From NCBI GenBank assembly GCA_019057795.1, contig JAHLWS010000013.1:1-47748 (forward strand): a stretch of 47,748 bases of DNA. The letters run 5' to 3'. Below are positions 39,373 through 47,748 of the stretch, piece after piece (positions within the stretch are counted from its first letter, which is position 1; each line of letters opens with the position of its first letter). Made by a program: the position numbers and the translations under genes. The notes beneath the pieces are model-generated. The model was not told the DNA's origin. It did no database searches and saw only the letters and a list, made by a program, of their open reading frames with translations. Source of the DNA: Promethearchaeota archaeon (GTDB lineage: Archaea > Asgardarchaeota > Lokiarchaeia > Sigyniarchaeales > SOKP01).

Positions 39373-42300
39373 TTATTTACCTAAAATCTTTTTTATCATT
39401 TTTGATATTGTTATAACTTTTCTAAATTTCTCTTTATTAACAAAAAATTCTAACCATGTTGGAATATTACTATATTCATGAACATCAAACTTTTTTAATT
39501 TTTCTACAACTTCGTCTATATTTTCACATTCAATCAATTCTTCTGTAAAATTAATAATTCCTTCAATTTTTTCTTGAAATTCAAAATTAGCAATAATTTC
39601 ATCATCAAAATCGATACCTTCAATAAAATTTTCAATATTACCTTGAATTAATGAAACTTTTGATAATCTTAACCCTTGAACTTGTTGAAAAACTGTTCTT
39701 TCTATATTTACATTATGCATATCTTTATAATTTTCTAATTTTAACTTGTTCAGTTCAGGAAATAAATGACTATCCCTTAAAAACTGTAGGAATTGTATTA
39801 AATGATTCCAATCATTTATGCTTATCAAATCTCCCTTTTTGATATAGAATGATGGTTTTGAAAGATTATTTAATTGATTTATAGTTTTGCAGAAATTATC
39901 TCTCTCATTTTGAGTTTGTGGATAAGGTTCTAATGTACCTCTACTACTTTTCATTATTTTAATATAGCCTTCAGCGAATAATGCTACTATGGAGAGTAAT
40001 GTGTATTCAAAATTCATGTTATACATCGAATGTCTTAAATCTATTAAAATGTCTTTAATGGCTATTGGATCATCATTTAATATACTAAGTATTAAATCTT
40101 CAATTGGTTTAATATAGACTTTTTTAAAATCCAAGCTTACTTTGAATTTTCCTGCTGAAATTTTTTTTAAAAACCCGAGATCTGAATAAAAATTTAAAGT
40201 CTCCTTCTGCGTTTTAACATTTGTCTTATACTCATCAAGTGTTTTTAAACAAAGAAGTAGATGATTTATTTTTGGGGGTGTAAAAAATTGATCTATTGGC
40301 TCTAATCCTGCTGAAAAATTTTCTCTTTTAAATCTTTCTCTAGCACTTTCATAATTATCATATTCAGCACCATCATAATAATAACGATATAAAGATTTAA
40401 ATTTAAGAAAGAATTGTTCATCGATTTCAGGGACTTTTCTCAATCTATCTGCTAGTTCAGCCGAAATTATAGTTGAATTTTTAATACATATATTATGAAA
40501 TTCACGTAAAGGTTCCCAGAATAGATTTATATCAATTAAATTCAAATTAATTTCATTTTGATATTTTTCTTGAAAGAAATTGAATACATCTTCAAATAAA
40601 TTAGTTGAAGTTTGCATAAGATCTCCAGATTCCTCTAAAATAGTTTTAAGAACGTTAAGTATTAAATTTGACTGTAAGATTTTGTTTAAATTATAATTGA
40701 AATATTCAATATCTTTCAATTCTTTATCAGTATAAGCGAAAATAATTTTTTTATTTTCCTTAAATTTATTTTCAATAAAATTGGTGATATCTCTTAATTT
40801 AGGTTTATAATAATATGCAAACCCATCAGGTATTGCAGTTTCAATAAATTTATTAATATTGATGAAACTATCTAAATGATTAGTTAAATTTAGCTCGTTT
40901 TCCTCAAGATCATCATTTATATTATTTTCAATTTCATCGAAATCATCCATATTTAAAAAAGAATTTTTTATAAAAACATAATCAAACTTTGGAACAAGAT
41001 CTCCATAATCATCAGTAAAATCTTTACTAGAATCACCAATGTTAAGTTTATATTGTAAGTAATTCAAAATATTTTCATAATCAATTAGGTTTTCAAGTTT
41101 ATTAATATAAGTATCAATATTTATTACGGCTTCAAAGGACAATAAATATTTTCTGGTTGCGCTTTCATAAGTTAATTCAATAATTCCATTAGTTATCAAT
41201 TTATTATGAAAATCTTTTATCTCTTTTGAGATATCTTTTAGAAAAATTAAGTTAAACGCGTCAACTGTCATTCCCTCTCGAAAAACGAATAATAATTTAA
41301 TAATTTTCAATTCTATTGAATCTTCATCCAATTTTAAATTGTTTCGGATCTTTCGGTAGAATAAAGATAAAAATTGATTTTCTTCAAAAATATCATTCAG
41401 AAATTCATTTATAACTTCGTTAGGGTCAATTAATTCATCATAATTATTATTTAGGTTTTTTTCTAATAATTTAACAATAATATTCATCCCACCCCTCATT
41501 TCAGTAGAATATTTTCCTATCTCCCCCCATATTGCAGGAATAAATATTGTTGGATGAAATGGATAAAACAATTGAAAATATTTATAAATACCTTCTTTGG
41601 TATTCCTATAAACAATTTTATCATCAAAAAAAATATATTTTTTTAGAAGTGATTCAGATGGTTTTAATGTATTTTGTATATGGGTGGAAAAAAATAATGC
41701 AATCTTTTCAATTTCAATATGATCTAACGAAGTTTGATCCAAGCATCTTCTCGGCACTATATCTTTGAATTCGCTGGATTCGACAACCCACACTTTTTTC
41801 AATCTTTCTTTTAATGTGATAAATTCATTACTTCTTAAATTTTTTTGATAACTTACAATTAATGAAATATTTAAATCGAGTTCATTTCGAAAATCTTCAA
41901 CTAAACCATGTAATTGGTTTATTAAATCCACTTCAGGTTTACTTCCCCACCATTGACTCAATTCATCAAGAATTATTAAAACATGTTTTACATTGTACTT
42001 TTTTGTAAGTGCAGAATTTTTAATTACTTCAGATAATTTTTTATTCTCCATATCAAGAGTAAATTTAGTACTCATTTTATCCTCATAAGTTCTAATTAAA
42101 TTCTGTTGGATTTCAATTAATTCTTCAAACTCAAGGTTATTTAAATTACTGATATCATCAGAAATACGATTTCTTGTTATTCTATCAAGATCATTTAAAA
42201 TTAGTTTCCTTATATCTGGATCTAATTCATTTTTGAACCAGTCAATAGTGTTATAGATTGAAAACAATCTGATTTCGTTATCATCATACTTATTAATAGC

Positions 42301-42801
42301 AATGTCTTGTAAACTATATCTTATAATCTCAATTAATCTGGTATCATTAGTAAAATCGGTTAATTTGATTGGGCAAATTAATAAATCATTATTAAATCTT
42401 TTTCTCAACTCTGTTGAATAATGTATGATTTGCGTATTTTTTTTATAATCTAGATTTAGATTAAATAAATCCTGAATTTTTTCATCATTAAGTAAGAGTA
42501 AAGATAAAAATGTTAAGAAATGTGTTTTACCTGTTCCATATTCACCTCTGAGAAAAAAACAAATTTTTTTTTTGACTTTTTTTTCTCCTTGGGCTTTAAT
42601 CCTTTCTAAAAATGATTGTAAAAACTCTATCATGTGATAAGAAATATCTCGTGTTATAATATACTCTTGAATGATTTCAGTAATTAGTTCTTTAAAACTA
42701 AATGCATCAAATTGCTTGTATTGAATATCTCTTATCCAATTAATATCTATTACATCTGTTGGTTTTTTTACTCTTTTTATAATATCTTCTATTTTTTTCA
42801 T
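39373..42801 (-). CDS. brxC: BrxC/PglY-family P-loop ATPase
   Basis: GEYGTGKTH, IILDEL, ERL arginine finger, YPFHP, R sensor; upstream of pglZ. Confidence 0.85.
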   Translation of the reverse strand: MKKIEDIIKRVKKPTDVIDINWIRDIQYKQFDAFSFKELITEIIQEYIITRDISYHMIEFLQSFLERIKAQGEKKVKKKICFFLRGEYGTGKTHFLTFLSLLLLNDEKIQDLFNLNLDYKKNTQIIHYSTELRKRFNNDLLICPIKLTDFTNDTRLIEIIRYSLQDIAINKYDDNEIRLFSIYNTIDWFKNELDPDIRKLILNDLDRITRNRISDDISNLNNLEFEELIEIQQNLIRTYEDKMSTKFTLDMENKKLSEVIKNSALTKKYNVKHVLIILDELSQWWGSKPEVDLINQLHGLVEDFRNELDLNISLIVSYQKNLRSNEFITLKERLKKVWVVESSEFKDIVPRRCLDQTSLDHIEIEKIALFFSTHIQNTLKPSESLLKKYIFFDDKIVYRNTKEGIYKYFQLFYPFHPTIFIPAIWGEIGKYSTEMRGGMNIIVKLLEKNLNNNYDELIDPNEVINEFLNDIFEENQFLSLFYRKIRNNLKLDEDSIELKIIKLLFVFREGMTVDAFNLIFLKDISKEIKDFHNKLITNGIIELTYESATRKYLLSFEAVINIDTYINKLENLIDYENILNYLQYKLNIGDSSKDFTDDYGDLVPKFDYVFIKNSFLNMDDFDEIENNINDDLEENELNLTNHLDSFININKFIETAIPDGFAYYYKPKLRDITNFIENKFKENKKIIFAYTDKELKDIEYFNYNLNKILQSNLILNVLKTILEESGDLMQTSTNLFEDVFNFFQEKYQNEINLNLIDINLFWEPLREFHNICIKNSTIISAELADRLRKVPEIDEQFFLKFKSLYRYYYDGAEYDNYESARERFKRENFSAGLEPIDQFFTPPKINHLLLCLKTLDEYKTNVKTQKETLNFYSDLGFLKKISAGKFKVSLDFKKVYIKPIEDLILSILNDDPIAIKDILIDLRHSMYNMNFEYTLLSIVALFAEGYIKIMKSSRGTLEPYPQTQNERDNFCKTINQLNNLSKPSFYIKKGDLISINDWNHLIQFLQFLRDSHLFPELNKLKLENYKDMHNVNIERTVFQQVQGLRLSKVSLIQGNIENFIEGIDFDDEIIANFEFQEKIEGIINFTEELIECENIDEVVEKLKKFDVHEYSNIPTWLEFFVNKEKFRKVITISKMIKKILGK

Positions 42802-42807
42802 TTTTTC

Positions 42808-43413
42808 TCACTCATTTTTGGACTTGATAAATTTAATATGTTGTTTAAGATCATTAAAATTGTCGAATCTAGATAAATTATCAATATGTAGTTCTCCATA
42901 ATTTAACTTTACAAAGTTTATAAATGAAGATTCAGAGGGTTTCTCTAACTCGAAAGTTTTTATACAACTAAAGTTAAAAGAAATAGTCTTATTTTTATCA
43001 AAAATTAGGAGTATTGTCCCTCCTAAGCTAAAAAATTTACTCTTTCTAAATAATAAATAATTAATATCATTAGATTGTTCAAAAGAAAATAATCTATCAA
43101 TATGATCAAATATAATAAGAAAATCTTTATATTTCTTTTCAGGAATATCTTTAATTAAGTTATGAAATTTTGTTTTTATTAATCTTCTATTTTCAAATTT
43201 ATCGTCTAAATCCAAATCTTCCAAAATGTCTTCACCGTTAAATAAAATAACATTTTGAATATTTTTTTCTAAACGATTAGCTATTATAGATTTTCCATAT
43301 CCGTTATCACTTACTAAACAAATTAACTTTCTACGCTTGTAACTTTTAAAAATTTCAAATATTTTTTCGAAAATTTTTATCTGTTCTGGAAAAAGATTTA
43401 TATGATTAAAAAT
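42808..43413 (-). CDS. Small BrxB/BrxF-like P-loop protein (about 201 aa, non-canonical ATT start)
   Basis: The frame is open upstream of the annotated TTG (43224) to 43434, adding LICLVSDNGYGKS (degenerate Walker A). Walker B is LIIFDHID. GGAGGT (43423-43428) lies 9 nt before ATT 43413. Confidence 0.7.
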   Translation of the reverse strand: MFNHINLFPEQIKIFEKIFEIFKSYKRRKLICLVSDNGYGKSIIANRLEKNIQNVILFNGEDILEDLDLDDKFENRRLIKTKFHNLIKDIPEKKYKDFLIIFDHIDRLFSFEQSNDINYLLFRKSKFFSLGGTILLIFDKNKTISFNFSCIKTFELEKPSESSFINFVKLNYGELHIDNLSRFDNFNDLKQHIKFIKSKNE

Positions 43414-44182
43414 CGTAAATAAACCTCCATTTTTCTATCTTTTCTTTATTAATATTTATTGTTCCTCCAGTTAGATGCCCAAATGAAATATAACCCATAT
43501 TTTTCAATTGATTTAAGATATTAGACAAGTTTCTATTTTTTAAAAACCAAATTTTTGTAACATTGAGTCTTAATATATCTCCTTGGTTAATTCCTGGATT
43601 TTTTCTTGTGTTCAATTCATCCAATAAAGTAAAGAAAAATATTTTGGAATCTGGGTGATATTCTTTGATTAATACTTCAAAATTTCCTCTTCCATCTTTT
43701 CTATTTTCTATTAACTTACAATCCTCCAGATTTAAAAGAGCTCTACTAACATTATTTAATTTGCTCGCTTGCTTTAATGAACTTTCAATTGTGTTTATTA
43801 ACTTTAACTCTAATATTGCTCTTCTTTTTTTATAAATTCCGCCTGATTTATTAAAATCATTAAAGAGGTGCTCAATAACATCAAAGTAGGGTTCAACATA
43901 TCTATATAAACCATAGTGAAGTACTTCATTTTGATGTTTTTTTGACTCACTAAAAAATTCAAGTAAGGGGTGAATATATATTTCTTTTTTTTTTGATATG
44001 AAATATGAATTTATAATCTGTGAAATTATTCCTTTTATTGTGGTTTCTTTATCTTGATATTTTTCAACGATTTTAGTGATATCTTCTCTAGCGACATTTC
44101 TTTTTTCAAAATCTAAATTTTTCACAATGTCTATCAAAATAGGTCTTATTTGTTTAAGCATATATTGAAATGTTTTTGTCAT
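43406..44182 (-). CDS. BrxA-like multi-wHTH DNA-binding protein
   Basis: First gene of the BREX-like run; 258 aa with wHTH-like segments (RALLNLEDCKLI, ILNQLKNMGYI). Assignment rests mainly on position and size. Confidence 0.55.
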   Translation of the reverse strand: MTKTFQYMLKQIRPILIDIVKNLDFEKRNVAREDITKIVEKYQDKETTIKGIISQIINSYFISKKKEIYIHPLLEFFSESKKHQNEVLHYGLYRYVEPYFDVIEHLFNDFNKSGGIYKKRRAILELKLINTIESSLKQASKLNNVSRALLNLEDCKLIENRKDGRGNFEVLIKEYHPDSKIFFFTLLDELNTRKNPGINQGDILRLNVTKIWFLKNRNLSNILNQLKNMGYISFGHLTGGTININKEKIEKWRFIYDF

Positions 44183-44468
44183 AAATCTATTTCCATTTTA
44201 TTCGATTCTTGTTCTTATTTAATATATTATCTAATATTTTATATATAACATTTTATATAAGTAAATTTCAAGTAATAGTGTTAAATATCTGTATTTTAAT
44301 TTTTTTTATTTGAATACCAGCCTTGGATTAATCTAAAACTATATCCGTTATGATTATATTGTCTCTCCAATCTCATTAAAGTTTTAAGATTTTTAAGGTT
44401 GTAGTAAAGTTTTCTAGATAAATTTATATAAGAGAGTTCAAATTAATTTGGTAAATGCTTAAAAAGGG

Positions 44469-44966
44469 TTGATTGTAATAAGCAGTGGTTATATTATTAA
44501 CTTTGATTCAAATTGGTTTAAAAGGTTTAAATATGAAGCAAAAAATAATGGTTGAATAGTTCACTTTCAAATTAGCGGTAAGCAACCTGCGAAAATTGTT
44601 GATGGTAGCACAATTTTATTTCATAGGATAAAGGGGCCAAATAAAGTTTTGGGATATTCTAAAATATCGGAAATTGGATATGATACATTTGATAATGTAA
44701 TAAAAAGGTTTGGAATTGTTAAATTAGGATATAATAGCAAAAAAGAAATTTTTAAAGCAGCAAGTAAATGGACAACTAGCGTTTCTCATATCATTTTTTA
44801 TGAAGCACTTGAGAATTTAGGATTGTGCGATTTAGACTTAAATAAAGATTTAATAAATAAATTTAATATACATTTTGGTCGACCTCCATCACATCTTCTA
44901 ACGGTAGGAAAAAGTTTATCAAACATACAATTTAATGTTTTAATGGATCATATTATAAATCCATGA
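44469..44966 (+). pseudogene. Interrupted ORF, possible EVE/PUA-like domain
   Basis: The frame extends to TTG 44469 across one TGA (44553-44555): GYIINFDSNWF...*IVHF...ILFHRIKG..KVLGYSKI. Confidence 0.5.
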
Positions 44967-44999
44967 TTTCAATTATATTTTTTTAAAAAAGAGGAACTA

Positions 45000-45590
45000 A
45001 TGTGTAATTTTATGGTAGAAATTGATAATATATTAAATCAAAATCCAATATTGATAATTGGTCCTTATGGTTCTGGTAAAACGAGTATTATAACAAAGAT
45101 TTATAATTTTTTAATGAGTTTAATTACTTTAGATGATCTCCAGATTCAAAATGAAGAACTTTTTCAGATTTTAAACAATATTGAACCCGAAAATTATGAA
45201 CTTATATGGTTTTCTGCATCTGAAGGTGAAAACATTAGAGATTTATTTTATGACAAATTAACGCCACTCATCGAGCGTTTCAATATAAATCTAAATAATA
45301 TCTCCAATTTTGGGAGAGATCTGAAAAATGATATTGGATCCATCGTTGAAATTATTAAAGAAAATAATCCTAATAAAAGATTATTATTTCTAATTGATGA
45401 ATTTGAATTTGCTTTAAAGTCAAATAACAGATAGCAATCTTTGAGTTTTATCCAATTATTAAGCGAATTAATTAGAGAAAGAGGAATAAATCTTATAATA
45501 GCACTTCAATCAGGATATAGATTACCTCAATTAATTGAAAGTAGATTCTATATCCTCAGAATCTCTTATACCAGTAAAAAAATTGGATGA
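45000..45590 (+). pseudogene. P-loop/AAA ATPase with premature stop, cut off by the mobile element
   Basis: IGPYGSGKT and LIDEFE; in-frame continuation after TAG 45432-45434 reads QSLSFIQLL...NLIIALQ...ESRF. Confidence 0.7.
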
Positions 45591-45694
45591 AAAAGAATTC
45601 AGTTTTTTTAAGAAAATTATTGAAGCAAAGAAGATCTATAAGAAAGATCGTGAAATAACCGATATTTCGTTACAAGAAAGTTTTTTAATATCAA

Positions 45695-47748
45695 TTCTTA
45701 AGTTTACAAGTTAACAACTTTTTTTATATTTTTTTGTAATATCTCTTATTTTTCTTTCCGACATTATTTCTTCAGTATTTTAAGTTATTAGAATTGTTCA
45801 AAACTGCGTTTAACAGATTAATTGAGTGATTTCTTCATTTAAAAGAGATTTTGCTCTATTTTGATTCCATCCCCCCTACTCTTGAAAAATATTCGCTAAT
45901 TCGATAAGATGAATCTAGTTTTTATAGGCAATAAATTTATAAACCTTCCCCCCTATTATTAATTATGGTTTATTTAACTCGAAAAAAAAAGAAAGGGAAA
46001 TATTACCTGTATTTGGAAGAAAAGGCTTGGATCAACGGTCGTACTCGTCGAGTTTGGCAAAAATATCTGGGTCCAGAAGATAAACTTAAAGATATTAAGT
46101 TTAATAGTCTGTTAACAAGACTTGATAACAGAGTGGAGGTAAAAATCATCGAGTTCGGGATTTCCGCAGCTCTATGGCAAATGGCAGAGGAGATTGAATT
46201 AGCCAAGATTATTGATGCTCATACTGGAAAAGAGAGGAATCAAAACTTATCTTTGGGTGAGTACATTACCATTGCAGCCATAAATCGCTGTGTTGCCCCT
46301 TGTTCAAAATCTAAATTAAAACAATGGTACGAGAAGGACTGGCTTTCCACGAGATACGACGTTGAGCCCAAAGTATTGAATGCCCAGACCTATTGGAACC
46401 ACTTTCAATACCTAAATAAAGAGGTTCTTGCGCAAATTGAACTCGCATTCGGGCAGTTTGTGGTTGATAAGTACGACCTCGACCTTGACAGCTTATTCTA
46501 CGACCCTACTAATTTTTTTACGTTTTCTAAAGGAGGTGAAGGAAGCGAATTGCTTCAATTCGGGCACTCTAAAGAAAATCGAAACGGATGTCGCCTTGTA
46601 AATTATTCGCTACTATGTGCTCGAGAATCGGGAATCCCTTTGATGCACGAAACATACGCAGGAAACGTTCAAGACGCACGGGAATTTAAAGAGGTGCCGC
46701 AACGAATAGCAAACCGCCTTCGTGCACTCGGAAGGGATCCCGAGCGAATTACGTTGGTGTTTGATAAAGGAAACCATTCAAAAGAAGCGTTTGCTGCCAT
46801 CGATCAAATGGGGTTAGGTTTTATTGCCTCCAGAAAAAATTCGACTCACAAGGAACTTCTCCACACGCCTCGGGATAAATTCATCAAGACGGTATTACCG
46901 CTAACAAAAAAGGCGGTCGAGTACTTTAAGACGACTAAGAAGATATACGGGAAAAATCGGATTCTTTACGTTGTCCTCGATCCGTTGAAACAGAAGAAAC
47001 ACGCTATTAAATTTAACGAAAACCTTGAAAAAAAGGTTCTTGAAATTAAGGAGTACTTTAAAGACCGTTTGAACGTAAAAATGTGGTCTAAAAAAGAAGC
47101 GGTCGAGAAGAAGCTGAAATCCATAATCGGCAGAAGACCCCTTACAGATGTAATTATTACCGAAGTTCTGGGTACGGACGGAAACATGACTCTAAAAGTT
47201 TCAATTGATGAGAAAGCCAGAAAAGCACACGAGGCAACGCTGGGACGGACAATATTATTCACTAATCGCGAAGAGTGGACCCCTGAGGCCGTTATTTGGG
47301 GATATAGAGAACAATACATTGTAGAACACGCCTTTCGGGACATGAAAAGTCCAACTTCTATTGCCATTCGACCGATGTATCACCACGCAGACTCCTCTGT
47401 CCGGGCTCATGTGTTCTTGTGCGTGATTTCCTTGCTTTTATTATCGCTACTCAGGTTGAAATTGGCGAGAAAATCGGTACCTACGAGTTACAACGAACTT
47501 CTCAGCGAACTAAGAGCAATACACGCTCTTAAAATTTTAACCAGCCCAAAAGCAAAACCTCTTTGGAAACTTGAAAAAATTCCTAAAAGCGCTTCAAAGC
47601 TTTTCAAGACGCTAAATTTAAGGCGTCTACTGCCAAATTAAGAATTCATCCCCCCCTACTTTTTTCTTCAACGTCTTTAAATTCATTAATGTCGTTAGTT
47701 ACATTAAGAAAAACTTTTTTTTTGATACTTAACTTGTAAACTTAAGAA
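45695..47748. mobile_element. Element bounded by perfect 20-bp terminal inverted repeats, containing the IS1634 transposase
   Basis: TTCTTAAGTTTACAAGTTAA at 45695-45714 and its exact reverse complement at 47729-47748. Confidence 0.85.
45965..47641 (+). CDS. IS1634-family DDE transposase
   Basis: YLYL.E...NG......YLG, YDPTN, FGHSKE.R, GN..D, VFDKG, Y.....VE.AFR.MK....IRPMYH, AH.F.C. Visibly GC-richer than the flanks. Confidence 0.93.
   Translation: MVYLTRKKKKGKYYLYLEEKAWINGRTRRVWQKYLGPEDKLKDIKFNSLLTRLDNRVEVKIIEFGISAALWQMAEEIELAKIIDAHTGKERNQNLSLGEYITIAAINRCVAPCSKSKLKQWYEKDWLSTRYDVEPKVLNAQTYWNHFQYLNKEVLAQIELAFGQFVVDKYDLDLDSLFYDPTNFFTFSKGGEGSELLQFGHSKENRNGCRLVNYSLLCARESGIPLMHETYAGNVQDAREFKEVPQRIANRLRALGRDPERITLVFDKGNHSKEAFAAIDQMGLGFIASRKNSTHKELLHTPRDKFIKTVLPLTKKAVEYFKTTKKIYGKNRILYVVLDPLKQKKHAIKFNENLEKKVLEIKEYFKDRLNVKMWSKKEAVEKKLKSIIGRRPLTDVIITEVLGTDGNMTLKVSIDEKARKAHEATLGRTILFTNREEWTPEAVIWGYREQYIVEHAFRDMKSPTSIAIRPMYHHADSSVRAHVFLCVISLLLLSLLRLKLARKSVPTSYNELLSELRAIHALKILTSPKAKPLWKLEKIPKSASKLFKTLNLRRLLPN

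Noticed and set aside
44553-45434. Stop-codon recoding (Sec/Pyl or alternative code) to explain in-frame stops
   Set aside because: The interrupting stops are of all three types (TAA, TGA, TAG) and all three terminate intact genes, so pseudogenisation is simpler.
1193-47367. Short ORFs overlapping long genes (e.g. 1308-1661, 8149-8400, 33303-33656, 38722-38976, 46966-47367)
   Set aside because: Antisense or alternate-frame shadows of well-supported CDSs, with no motifs.

Overview
AT-rich, probably archaeal (Asgard/Lokiarchaeia-like; inferred from composition, TTG/GTG starts and gene content) defence island, bounded by a truncated tnpB on the left and an IS1634-family element nested in a small TIR element on the right. 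The main result is a ~21.5 kb locus (22.7-44.2 kb). It joins a BREX-like core (brxA-like, small BrxB/BrxF-like ATPase, brxC, pglZ, inactive pglZ paralog, protease-less brxL) that has no pglX or brxP to preQ0 synthesis genes (queC/D/E), a DUF6884-like gene and a PUA-less archaeal-type TGT ending in a PCNA-binding PIP-box motif. The locus also holds two SPPY DNA methyltransferases, a PD-(D/E)XK endonuclease and a nuclease-less copy of that endonuclease's C-terminal domain. This suggests a BREX-coupled 7-deazaguanine DNA restriction-modification system (inference). A second unusual operon (10.1-20.2 kb) encodes a nucleotide kinase, HAD phosphatase, UPRTase-like enzyme, two radical SAM enzymes, a small repeat peptide, an SF1 helicase and a PLD-PLD-FGE protein, next to Nmad2/Nmad3-like genes. 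The window also has a VapBC module, a SWIM protein, an ART-like protein and several pseudogenes. Family assignments come from motif recognition by eye; no searches were run.
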